In this document: in pieces, positions 23,391 to 32,615 of the stretch | Numbering within the stretch: the first letter of the stretch is position 1 | Layout: the number at the start of each line of letters is the position of its first letter | Source: an uncultured Bacteroidales bacterium | GTDB taxonomy: Bacteria; Bacteroidota; Bacteroidia; Bacteroidales; JAUNSR01 | Reading direction: 5' to 3' | Assembly: GCA_947074165.1 (NCBI GenBank) | Contig: CAMTOT010000001.1 | Location: 1 to 36,643 of the forward strand | DNA: 36,643 nucleotides | The notes under the pieces: model-generated | Database searches by the model: none | Seen by the model: only the letters and a program-made list of their open reading frames with translations | Told to the model about the DNA's origin: nothing | Program-made: the position numbers and the translations under genes

Positions 23391-23909
23391 ATGAAACATC
23401 CTTTAGATAAATTCAGATTTTGCCCTTCGTGCGGATCTAAGCATTTTGACGTTAATAACTCAACGTCAAAAAAGTGTGGAAAATGCGGATTTATATATTA
23501 TTTTAATCCCAAAGCAGCTACGGTAGCTGTTATTGTGAATGAAGACGACGAAATACTCGTTACTGTAAGAGCAAATGAGCCGGCAAAAGGGACGCTTGAT
23601 TTGCCGGGTGGTTTTTGCGAAAGCTATGAGACGGCAGAAGAGTCTGTCATGCGTGAGGTAAATGAGGAAACCGGAGTAGAGGTAGATTCTACAGAATATA
23701 TGTTTTCACTACCTAATATTTATCCATATTCCGGTCTTGACGTGCATACTATGGATCTGTTTTTTAAGTGCAGTGTCACAGGTTATGATATGACGGCTAT
23801 GGACGATGTAGCAGAGCTGAAATGGATACCGCTCAAAGAACTTGATGCGGAGCAGTTTGGTCTTGATTCGATTAAGAGAGGAGTTGTTAAGATTATGGAT
23901 GTTTTGTAA
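23391..23909 (+). CDS. NUDIX hydrolase with N-terminal zinc-ribbon (CxxC...CxxC)
   Basis: CPSCGSKHF...CGKCG forms a four-Cys ribbon. The NUDIX box is GGFCESYETAEESVMREVNEETG (Gx5Ex7REUxEExGU). Confidence 0.85.
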   Translation: MKHPLDKFRFCPSCGSKHFDVNNSTSKKCGKCGFIYYFNPKAATVAVIVNEDDEILVTVRANEPAKGTLDLPGGFCESYETAEESVMREVNEETGVEVDSTEYMFSLPNIYPYSGLDVHTMDLFFKCSVTGYDMTAMDDVAELKWIPLKELDAEQFGLDSIKRGVVKIMDVL

Positions 23910-23967
23910 TTTGCTATTTTTTAGATATAGCTATCGGAACAGGTTGATAATAAAACAGATATTTGTA

Positions 23968-23975
23968 TATCTTTG
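23968..23975 (+). promoter_or_regulatory. Candidate -7 box (TATCTTTG)
   Basis: Matches TAnnTTTG, 39 nt upstream of the ATG at 24014. Confidence 0.4.
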
Positions 23976-24013
23976 CTAAACTTTAAACTAAAGGAATTAA
24001 TAAAAACAATATA

Positions 24014-27000
24014 ATGAAAAAACTTATTCCGATCTGTGTTTTAGTAGCAGGAATAGGAGGAACGGCAACAGCACAAAACGGCCATACCATTAATCCGGGA
24101 GAAAAGATTCTCGGAGAAGCAAAGGTTATGTTTAATGCCCGCAACTGGACAGGCTGTACCGATAAGATCTCTTTGCTTAAACAATCCGGCACGGCTGCCG
24201 GTATGGTTGACCTGCTTGAAGAGGCCGATTATATGCTTACGGTATCACGTTTCGAATTGGGAAACGAAGACGCGCTTGATTATCTATTGGAATTTAAATA
24301 TAAATATCCAAATTCGTCATATAGTACAATAATAGAGTTTCTAACAGGTAGTTTTTACTTCTTCAACGGCTCTTATGCCGATGCGGCGGCTACACTTGAT
24401 GAGGTGGATATGGTACAGTTACCACTTATTAATCAGCCTGCATATCTTAACCGACTTGGTATTTCTAATATAAAGAGAGGGAACACTACAGAGGCGCGCC
24501 CATGTTTCATCGCTCTTAAATCGTTCAACTCTGAATATTCCGAATCATCAGATTATTATCTTGCATATATAGATTACCTTAATGGTGATTACGACAAAGC
24601 ACTTAAAGAGTTTGAGGCTTTGCCTGCAAATGAAGAATTTTCATTTAGCGTGCCTTATTATATCGCGCAGATTAAGTTTATAAAGAAAGAATATGGCACA
24701 GCGCTTAGCAGTGCCGAATCGTTGCTGAAGAATAATCCCGACAGGGAGCAGAAAACCGAGTTGCTTCGCATTGCCGGTGAATCTTCATATCATCTGAATA
24801 AAAAAAGAGACGCGGTAAAATATCTTACAGACTACAGTAATAGTACGTCGCGCCCATACAGAGCTACATCTTATATACTTGGTATGGCAGCCTACGAGGC
24901 CGGCGAATACAAAACGGCTGTAGATAATTTTGCTGTAGTTACTACGGGCAATGATGCGACGACACAGAATTCATATCTGCATCTGGGGCATTGCTACGTG
25001 CAGACGGGTGATTTGAAAAATGCTCGTATGGCATTTGAAGCAGCGGCAAACAGCGATTTTGACAAGAAAGTGAAAGAGGTGGCTATGTATAACTACGGTT
25101 TGACTATCGTACAGACGTCATACTCTCCTTTTAATGAGTCGGTACAGGTGTTTGAAGTGTTTCTGAATGAGTTTCCGTCTTCTGAATATTCTGATTTTGT
25201 AAACGATCAGCTGGTTGAGGCGTATATGACTACCCGCAACTATGAGAGCGCGCTTAACTCAATCAATAAAATTAAACGTCCGGGTTCTAAAATACTTACC
25301 GCTAAACAACGAGTTTTGTTTCAGCTGGGAACGCAGTGTGTTGTCAACTCAGAAGGAAGCAAGGCTAAAGAATGTTTTACAAACGCTATAAGCCTTGGCC
25401 CTTTGAATAACGAGACTCTTGCCCAGGCTTACTTCTGGAGAGCGGAGTGTTATTATAAAGAAGATGCTTTCACTCAGGCTACATCAGACTATAATCGCTT
25501 CCTGACTATTTCCGGAAGAAAAAATACAGAGATGTACGCTTTAGGTAAATATAATCTGGCGTACTCTTATTTCAAACAGCACGATTTCAATAATGCCATA
25601 ACATGGTTTGATAGTTATCTTCAGACTCCAACGGAGAGAGGAAAGGCTACATATATTGACGCGCTCAATCGTATCGGAGATTCACACTTCTATAAAAGGT
25701 CGTTTGCTAAAGCCGAAGGGTATTATTCGCAGGCGGCATCTTTAAGTCCTAACGGAGGCGATTACGCTCTGTTTCAGAAAGGATTTATGGCAGGTCTTCA
25801 GAAAAAATATACACAGAAGATTGACGCGATGGATAAGCTGCTTAAAGAGTATCCGGATTCTGATTACGCTGATGATGCCCTTATGGAGCGAGGTAAAACT
25901 TACGTGACGCTTGGCAAAAAACAGGAAGCAATCGCGTCGTTTACAAAAGTAGCGTCGGATTATCCAACCACGACTCTGGCTCGTCAGGCTTGTATTCAGC
26001 TCGGCATGATATATTTTAATATGAATGAACTTGACAAGTCTGTCAAGGCTTATAAAGATGTCATATCAAAATACCCGGGAAGTGAAGAAGCCCGTATAGC
26101 TGTAGAAGACCTTAAGGCTGTGTATATAGAGAAAAATGATATACCGTCGTATGCGGAGTATGTTAAGTCGCTTAATGGCGTGGTGCAGTTTGCTGCCGGA
26201 GAACAAGACTCACTTACATTCCTTGCCACAGAGAAAGTCGTAATACGCGGAGACAAGGATAATAGTAAAAAGGCTCTGATCAATTATCTCCAAAGCTTTA
26301 ATGACGGAGCTTTCCGTATGAACGCCAACATTGAGCTTGCGAGGATTTATGAATCAGAACAAGATTATACATCGGCTGTGACTCACTATCAGTATATACT
26401 TCAGTCTGCTGATAATAAATATACGGAAGAGGCATTGTCAAAATGCGCTGATATATATTACGCGACGCAACAGATGCAGGAGGCGCTTGACACTTATTCG
26501 ACTCTTGCTGTAAAGGCGGAGAAAACAGAAAACAGAGTGAAGGGTAAAGCTGGTATACTGAGAGCTAACGTAGCACTTAACCGTCATGACGACATAACAG
26601 TAGCAGCTACAAACCTGCTTAAAGATGATAAAATCACTACGGAACTATATTCTGAAGCGCTTTATTGCAGAGCAAAAGCATTCCTTGCGAAAGGAAACGT
26701 AGAGGCGGCTAAACCCGATTTAAAAGATCTTTCTAAAGACACACGTCTTAACTATGGCGCTGAAGCTAAATATCTGATAGCCGAAGAACTGTTTAAAGAG
26801 GGTAAAGATAACGACGCTGAAGCAGTAGTATTTGAACTAATAGAGTCGGCTACGCCACATCAGTATTGGCTTGCTAAAGGATTTATTCTGCTTGCCGATA
26901 TTTATATTGGTAAAGATGATTTGTTCCAGGCACGTCAATATCTGTCAAGTCTTCAGACAAATTATAAAGCTAATGATGAGATTGGCACTCTGATAGATGA

Positions 27001-27052
27001 ACGTTTTAAAGTGATTTCTGAGAAAGAGGAATCTAAACAGTTAGGAGAGTAA
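24014..27052 (+). CDS. Large exported tetratricopeptide-repeat protein (YbgF/BamD-like TPR units), function unknown
   Basis: The signal peptide is MKKLIPICVLVAGIGGTATAQ. TPR-like units recur along 1012 aa, for example AQAYFWRAECYYKEDAFTQA, YALGKYNLAYSYFKQHDFNNAITWF and DDALMERGKTYVTLGKKQEAIASF. Confidence 0.8.
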   Translation: MKKLIPICVLVAGIGGTATAQNGHTINPGEKILGEAKVMFNARNWTGCTDKISLLKQSGTAAGMVDLLEEADYMLTVSRFELGNEDALDYLLEFKYKYPNSSYSTIIEFLTGSFYFFNGSYADAAATLDEVDMVQLPLINQPAYLNRLGISNIKRGNTTEARPCFIALKSFNSEYSESSDYYLAYIDYLNGDYDKALKEFEALPANEEFSFSVPYYIAQIKFIKKEYGTALSSAESLLKNNPDREQKTELLRIAGESSYHLNKKRDAVKYLTDYSNSTSRPYRATSYILGMAAYEAGEYKTAVDNFAVVTTGNDATTQNSYLHLGHCYVQTGDLKNARMAFEAAANSDFDKKVKEVAMYNYGLTIVQTSYSPFNESVQVFEVFLNEFPSSEYSDFVNDQLVEAYMTTRNYESALNSINKIKRPGSKILTAKQRVLFQLGTQCVVNSEGSKAKECFTNAISLGPLNNETLAQAYFWRAECYYKEDAFTQATSDYNRFLTISGRKNTEMYALGKYNLAYSYFKQHDFNNAITWFDSYLQTPTERGKATYIDALNRIGDSHFYKRSFAKAEGYYSQAASLSPNGGDYALFQKGFMAGLQKKYTQKIDAMDKLLKEYPDSDYADDALMERGKTYVTLGKKQEAIASFTKVASDYPTTTLARQACIQLGMIYFNMNELDKSVKAYKDVISKYPGSEEARIAVEDLKAVYIEKNDIPSYAEYVKSLNGVVQFAAGEQDSLTFLATEKVVIRGDKDNSKKALINYLQSFNDGAFRMNANIELARIYESEQDYTSAVTHYQYILQSADNKYTEEALSKCADIYYATQQMQEALDTYSTLAVKAEKTENRVKGKAGILRANVALNRHDDITVAATNLLKDDKITTELYSEALYCRAKAFLAKGNVEAAKPDLKDLSKDTRLNYGAEAKYLIAEELFKEGKDNDAEAVVFELIESATPHQYWLAKGFILLADIYIGKDDLFQARQYLSSLQTNYKANDEIGTLIDERFKVISEKEESKQLGE

Positions 27053-27056
27053 AAGG

Positions 27057-28832
27057 ATGAATAAAAAGAATATATATCTGGCAACAGCCGCATTGTGCGT
27101 GACCTCTTATGTTTCAGCCCAGCAGGCTGCTAAGGACTCGACTCTGAGCCGTGAGATGCTTATTGAAAAAGAGTTTATACCGATAGTAAGAGATGCCAAT
27201 AAGATAAATAAACTGCCGGAAGTGGAGACTCCGGCAGTAAGCAAAGCAAAAACCGTATATTCGACTACCTCGGTATCCGCATCACCGGCACCGGAGATAG
27301 CACAGCTTAGTTCGGGTGACATTAAAACTCTTTATCCATATAGCAATAAGCGTGGTTATCTCGGGCTTGGTTCGGGTAATACATCTGTCTTCAACGCTGA
27401 TCTTGGTTATAGAATACTTGATACAAAGTCAGATTATCTTGGATTGTTTTATAATATGAATATTATATCCGCGAAACTTGATTATGTAGATTTTGACGGT
27501 AAAACCACAAAGAAGGTCACTGATAATATTGGTAAGGCTTATTATAAACATAACTTCTCAAACTGGTCTTTATTTACTGATCTTGGACTTGACTTCTATC
27601 ATTTCAATTATTATGGTTATGATAAGACAGCTATAGACCGTCTTGATGAGAATGTGATAAGCGAAAATGGCAAGCTGATGCAGGATCAGACCCGTGTCAC
27701 ATACAACTTAGGCTTTAAAACCGATATGGACGGCGATTTCAATCATCACGGAAATGTGGGTATTGTATCGTTTTCTCAGAAAAAATACAAACTGTCAGAG
27801 ACAGCGCTTAAGTTCGGATACGGTTTTGACTATAAGATTAATGAGGACACTAAGTTCCTGTTTGACGCAGGCGTAAATACACAGATGTACGGAGGGGCTT
27901 ACTCTGACTATTATAAAACGTCGGGAGTGATAAGAGTAACTCCGGGATTCCTTTATAATAATGACGCTGAATCATTTGTGATAAAAGGAGGTATTAATTT
28001 TGATGTGGCATACGGAAGAGGTTCTAAATTCGGAATATCTCCTACGCTGGATCTAAACTATGCTTTTGTCGAAAAGACATCTCTATATGCGACGGCTACG
28101 GGTCGTGTATCGGCGTTTTCATTAAGTGATGCCGCGTATACGAGCAGATATGTTTTAATGCCCGATGAGCAGGCTAAAAACAGCTATACGGTAACAGACT
28201 TTACATTCGGTCTTCGTTCTGATAAGGTGGCAGGACTGTTTTATGATATTTACGCGGGTCTTTCTTATACAGCCAATGAAAGATTTATATATTCGGATAT
28301 ACTGGGAATGTATATCTCGGATAGTGAAGATAATATATACGCGCTTAACAATAGAAACGCTCTGAGTGTAGGTAGTGAAAGTTCATTCGGATGGAAGATT
28401 GGGGCTGCTTTAAAATATGAAACAGGTATTTTCAGAAGTGGTCTGCGATTAGAGTACTCCGATAGAGCCAAAGATTATGTTAATTCAGGCAGAAGTAAGT
28501 TTGAAATGGGGCTTAATCTTGGTGTTCAACCGACAGAAGACTGGCTTATAGAGGCTGACTGGAATCTTTACGCCGGACGTAAAATAGTAGTGAGAGAGAG
28601 TATTAATCTTGTAGACGAATCAGATTCATCTGCATCCTCAATTATCGGAAATGTAAGTGATGTATCGCTAAAACCGATTAATGAACTTAATCTGAAAGCA
28701 AGCTACACTATAAATAGTACAATCTCAGCTTATGCCGGTTTATATAATATAGTAAATCAGAAATATGACCTTTATTACGGTATGCCGGCAGAAGGTTTTA
28801 ATTTTAAAGTGGGGGCTGTCGTAAACTTCTGA
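27057..28832 (+). CDS. Predicted outer-membrane beta-barrel protein, function unknown
   Basis: The signal peptide ends in VSAQQ. The sequence is rich in alternating aromatic/Gly/Asn/Asp segments. The C-terminus is FNFKVGAVVNF, with a terminal Phe as in an OMP beta-signal. The start lies 4 nt after the TPR gene stop. Confidence 0.6.
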   Translation: MNKKNIYLATAALCVTSYVSAQQAAKDSTLSREMLIEKEFIPIVRDANKINKLPEVETPAVSKAKTVYSTTSVSASPAPEIAQLSSGDIKTLYPYSNKRGYLGLGSGNTSVFNADLGYRILDTKSDYLGLFYNMNIISAKLDYVDFDGKTTKKVTDNIGKAYYKHNFSNWSLFTDLGLDFYHFNYYGYDKTAIDRLDENVISENGKLMQDQTRVTYNLGFKTDMDGDFNHHGNVGIVSFSQKKYKLSETALKFGYGFDYKINEDTKFLFDAGVNTQMYGGAYSDYYKTSGVIRVTPGFLYNNDAESFVIKGGINFDVAYGRGSKFGISPTLDLNYAFVEKTSLYATATGRVSAFSLSDAAYTSRYVLMPDEQAKNSYTVTDFTFGLRSDKVAGLFYDIYAGLSYTANERFIYSDILGMYISDSEDNIYALNNRNALSVGSESSFGWKIGAALKYETGIFRSGLRLEYSDRAKDYVNSGRSKFEMGLNLGVQPTEDWLIEADWNLYAGRKIVVRESINLVDESDSSASSIIGNVSDVSLKPINELNLKASYTINSTISAYAGLYNIVNQKYDLYYGMPAEGFNFKVGAVVNF

Positions 28833-28867
28833 TTTCTTAAAAAATATTGAAAAATTAAGAAATTAAT

Positions 28868-28940
28868 AATGATAATTTCTATTTTTGTCTGAATTAACAA
28901 TACGTTAAAGAACAAAATAGAGATTATCATTGTTTTTTTC
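28868..28940 (+). terminator. AT-rich long hairpin plus T-run, probable terminator of the TPR/barrel operon
   Basis: aatgataatttctatttt (28868-28885) pairs with aaaatagagattatcatt (28914-28931) at 17 of 18 positions. It is followed by gtttttttc. Confidence 0.5.
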
Positions 28941-28962
28941 TAAAAAAAATAAATAACAATAT

Positions 28963-31440
28963 ATGCCCAAAAATTTAGTAATTGTCGAATCCCCGGCTAA
29001 AGCGAAAACCATAGAAAAGTTTCTCGGAAAGGATTATCATGTGCTATCGAGCTACGGTCATATCAGGGACCTGAAGAAGAAAGACTTTAGTATAGATATC
29101 GAACATGGATTTGCGCCGATATATGAGATTCCGGCAGACAAAAAGGAGCTTGTGGCTAAACTTAAGTCGGAAGCGGATAAAGCCGATATGGTATGGCTGG
29201 CATCCGATGAGGACCGCGAAGGGGAGGCGATAGCATGGCATCTTTATGAAGTTTTGGGACTTAATCCTGAGAATACAAAACGTATTGTATTTCATGAGAT
29301 TACAAAGAACGCTATTCTTAAGGCTATTGAGAATCCGCGTGATATAAATATAAATCTTGTAGACGCTCAGCAGGCAAGACGTGTTCTTGACCGTATTGTG
29401 GGTTTTGAACTTTCTCCTGTATTGTGGAAGAAAGTTAAACCTGCATTGTCGGCCGGTCGTGTACAGTCGGTAGCTGTAAGACTTATTGTAGAGAGAGAAC
29501 GTGAGATTGAGGCTTTTGTGCCTGAAGCTGCATACAGAGTAATAGCGGTGTTCTTAATCAAACAGCCAAACGGAAAAACTACCGAGCTTAAAGCGGAACT
29601 TAATACAAGATATAAAACAAAAGAGGAGGCTTACGCTTTCCTTGAAAAATGTAACGGGGCGCAGTTTAAAATTGAATCGGTAACTAAAAAACCGGGCAAA
29701 AAATCGCCTGCCGCACCTTTTACAACATCTACCTTACAGCAGGAAGCTTCACGAAAACTTGGTTATTCGGTATCGCAGACAATGATGGTATCTCAGAAAC
29801 TTTATGAATCGGGATTTATCACATATATGCGTACTGACTCGGTAAACCTGTCGTCGCTTGCAATCAATGCCTCTAAAGAGGAGATCGTAAATACGATGGG
29901 CGAAGAGTATCTGCATATTCGTCAGTTTCAGACTAAAGCTAAAGGCGCGCAGGAAGCTCACGAGGCTATCCGACCTACATATATGAGTAATCATCAGATA
30001 GAGGGAACGTCGCAGGAGAAAAAGCTTTACGAACTGATCTGGAAACGCACTATCGCCTCTCAAATGAGCGACGCTATCCTAGAGAAGACTACAGTAGATA
30101 TATCTGTGTCGGGAGCATCTGAGAAATTTACGGCTGTAGGAGAAGTTATTAAGTTTGACGGTTTCCTTAAAGTTTACATTGAATCTACAGACGACGACGA
30201 CAGCAAAGACTCTGACGGTAAGATGCTGCCACCACTTAATGAGGGTGAGGTTCTTAACATGAAAGATGTTACCGCGACGGAAAGATTTACTCAACGTCCG
30301 GCAAGATACTCGGAAGCAAGTCTTGTGCGTAAGATGGAGGAGCTTGGTATTGGTCGTCCGTCAACGTATGCTCCTACTATTTCTACTATTCAAAACAGAG
30401 AATATGTTGAGAAAACAGAGATAGAAGGAAAAGAGAGATCTTATAATCAAATGAGTCTTTCGCAGGGGCACATTGAAGATAAAACGCTTACGGAGATAAC
30501 CGGCGCGGATAAAGGAAAAATGAAACCGACTGATATAGGTATCATAGTAAATGATTTCCTGACGGAGCATTTCCCTGATATTCTTAACTATAACTTTACG
30601 GCTCTTGTAGAACAGGAATTTGACCATGTAGCCGAAGGTACTCTTGACTGGACTAAGTCGCTTGATAGTTTCTATAAGCTGTTTCATCCGAATGTAGTGG
30701 AAACACTGGCTTTGAGAACAGAGCAGAAGGTTGGTGAAAGGATACTTGGTCTGGATCCTAAAACGGGTCGCCAGGTCTCTGTTAAGATTAGCCGTTTCGG
30801 TCCTGTGGTTCAGATTGGCAAACAGGATGAAGAGGAAAAACCGCTTTTCGCTTCGTTGCTGAAAGGTCAGTCTATCACTAATATTACCCTTGAGGAAGCG
30901 CTTAAACTTTTTGATCTGCCGCGTCAGCTTGGCGAGTATGAAGGTAAAGTAGTTACAGTTGGTATAGGTCGTTTCGGTCCGTACATTCGTCATGACTCAA
31001 AGTATGTGTCTTTGCCTAAAGAGTATGCTCCGATGGCAGTCACTCTTGATGAGGCTATAATTCTTATAGAAGAGAAGAGAAAAGCAGAGAAAGAGAAGTT
31101 TATTAAGAGTTTTGCAGAGAATGAGAATTTGCAGATTCTAAACGGTCGTTTCGGTCCGTATATTACTCTTGACAAGAATAACTATAAGATACCAAAAGGT
31201 ACTGAGCCAATATCTTTGACATACGAAGAGTGTATGAAGATTATTTCTGAGGCCGGAGAGCCGAAAAAGGCAAAAGGAAGAGGAGCTAAGACAAAAGCGG
31301 CTGAGGCGAAAGCTGCCAAAGAACCTAAAGCGGCGAAAGAGCCAAAAGCGGCTAAGACTGCCAAAGCGAAGACTGCTAAGGCTAAGAGCGATAAGCCTGC
31401 GGCTAAAACGACAAAGACTGCGAAGGCTAAAAAAGCGTAA
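28963..31440 (+). CDS. topA: DNA topoisomerase I (type IA) with Zn-free C-terminal repeats and a Lys/Ala-rich tail
   Basis: The Toprim N-terminus is LVIVESPAKAKTIEKFLG and DEDREGEAIAWH. The active-site region is GFITYMRTDS. There are three C-terminal RFGPxV/Y repeats, ISRFGPVVQ, GRFGPYIRH and GRFGPYITL. The tail at 31261-31437 is AKEPKA-like. Confidence 0.95.
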   Translation: MPKNLVIVESPAKAKTIEKFLGKDYHVLSSYGHIRDLKKKDFSIDIEHGFAPIYEIPADKKELVAKLKSEADKADMVWLASDEDREGEAIAWHLYEVLGLNPENTKRIVFHEITKNAILKAIENPRDININLVDAQQARRVLDRIVGFELSPVLWKKVKPALSAGRVQSVAVRLIVEREREIEAFVPEAAYRVIAVFLIKQPNGKTTELKAELNTRYKTKEEAYAFLEKCNGAQFKIESVTKKPGKKSPAAPFTTSTLQQEASRKLGYSVSQTMMVSQKLYESGFITYMRTDSVNLSSLAINASKEEIVNTMGEEYLHIRQFQTKAKGAQEAHEAIRPTYMSNHQIEGTSQEKKLYELIWKRTIASQMSDAILEKTTVDISVSGASEKFTAVGEVIKFDGFLKVYIESTDDDDSKDSDGKMLPPLNEGEVLNMKDVTATERFTQRPARYSEASLVRKMEELGIGRPSTYAPTISTIQNREYVEKTEIEGKERSYNQMSLSQGHIEDKTLTEITGADKGKMKPTDIGIIVNDFLTEHFPDILNYNFTALVEQEFDHVAEGTLDWTKSLDSFYKLFHPNVVETLALRTEQKVGERILGLDPKTGRQVSVKISRFGPVVQIGKQDEEEKPLFASLLKGQSITNITLEEALKLFDLPRQLGEYEGKVVTVGIGRFGPYIRHDSKYVSLPKEYAPMAVTLDEAIILIEEKRKAEKEKFIKSFAENENLQILNGRFGPYITLDKNNYKIPKGTEPISLTYEECMKIISEAGEPKKAKGRGAKTKAAEAKAAKEPKAAKEPKAAKTAKAKTAKAKSDKPAAKTTKTAKAKKA

Positions 31441-31463
31441 CTCGCATATATTATAAAATTTAC

Positions 31464-31509
31464 GGGCGGAAGTATATGGATTAAATCCGTATCTTTCCGC
31501 CCTTATTTT
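31464..31509 (+). terminator. Rho-independent terminator after topA
   Basis: gggcggaagtatatgga (31464-31480) pairs imperfectly with tccgtatctttccgccc (31486-31502). It is followed by ttatttta. Confidence 0.65.
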
Positions 31510-31537
31510 ATCTGAAGTATCAGTCTGTTAAAGTATT

Positions 31538-32587
31538 ATGATTAATCCTGAAGTAAAAAAACATATAGACTATATTGATTTGGCAAAGGGGCTGTGTATA
31601 CTCTCTGTGCTGTGGTATCATACTAATTATTCATTGCTGGATAATCAGTTTGAGCTGGCTTTGCGAAGTTACAGAATGCCTTTTTATTATTTTCTTTCCG
31701 GCCTTTTCTTTAAAATGTACGGTGGGTTCGGAGACTTCGTGGTTAAAAAGATTAATAAGCTTATCGTGCCGTTTACGTTCTTTTATCTCATATCATATTG
31801 CTTTGGCGCGATATGCGGTTATCTGGGTTTCTACGAAAAAGGCATTATGGGAGATCCGTTTCACTGGACGCTCATATTTGATGTGCTGGTCAATGAGAAA
31901 CTTGTGTTTAACGGCCCTATATGGTTCTTTATATGTCTGTTTAATGTAAACATAATTTTCTATTCGTTGAGATTACTCTCCGGGGGTAATGATAAGCTGC
32001 TTGGCATACTGGTGGTTATTACCGGTACAGCCGGCTTTTTTATTAATAATTCCAACTTTGATCTGCCTGTTCAGATCGACCTGCCTTATTATTGGGATAT
32101 TGCATTGAGAGAGACTCCGTTTTTTGCAATGGGATATTTTTTAAGAACCTATACTCCGTTTTTAAGTATAAGCAGATATGACAGATATAGTTTATTGTTG
32201 CTGCCTGTAGGTGCAGTAGTAATATATATGCTGGCTCCTGCCGATTTATATGAGAATTTTTTCATGTTTTACGGCTTAGGTGCTGTCGGTATAGTGATGA
32301 TGATGGTTATAAGTAAGAACATTAAATCGTTGCCTGTCATAACCTATATAGGTAAATATTCACTTATCATACTTGGTACACATGTGTTTCTGATACTTCC
32401 TATCCGTTTTATTGCATCTAAATTAATAGCGGGGCCGGGATATGTGTTATTGACTTGGGTATTGGTGATAATATGTTCGATACCTGTTATCTGGTTTATG
32501 AAACGTTATTTTCCGTGGTTTACGGCACAGAAAGACCTTATTCACGCGCGAGAATCAAAGAATAAAAATATAAAGGCGGCTGTATAA
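31538..32587 (+). CDS. Acyltransferase family 3 integral membrane protein (O-acyltransferase)
   Basis: The N-terminal IDLAKGLCILSVLWYHT matches the family motif with conserved His. About 10 hydrophobic segments are present. Confidence 0.8.
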   Translation: MINPEVKKHIDYIDLAKGLCILSVLWYHTNYSLLDNQFELALRSYRMPFYYFLSGLFFKMYGGFGDFVVKKINKLIVPFTFFYLISYCFGAICGYLGFYEKGIMGDPFHWTLIFDVLVNEKLVFNGPIWFFICLFNVNIIFYSLRLLSGGNDKLLGILVVITGTAGFFINNSNFDLPVQIDLPYYWDIALRETPFFAMGYFLRTYTPFLSISRYDRYSLLLLPVGAVVIYMLAPADLYENFFMFYGLGAVGIVMMMVISKNIKSLPVITYIGKYSLIILGTHVFLILPIRFIASKLIAGPGYVLLTWVLVIICSIPVIWFMKRYFPWFTAQKDLIHARESKNKNIKAAV

Positions 32588-32615
32588 ATCCGTTTGCTTA
32601 TAAAAGAATATTATT

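Noticed and set aside
24014-27052. Calling the 1012-aa TPR protein PorW/SprE (type IX secretion) or BamD/YbgF
   Set aside because: There is no lipobox at the end of the signal peptide, and no other T9SS genes in the window. The size and architecture do not match BamD or YbgF. Similarity is limited to generic TPR units, so the function is left as unknown.
30361-30993. 210-aa minus-strand ORF inside topA
   Set aside because: It is antisense to a full-length, motif-rich topA. Its composition is typical of a shadow ORF.
31575-31949. 124-aa alternative-frame ORF within the acyltransferase-3 gene
   Set aside because: It is on the same strand but out of frame with a membrane protein that has the family N-terminal motif. 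It is a Cys/Leu-rich shadow frame.
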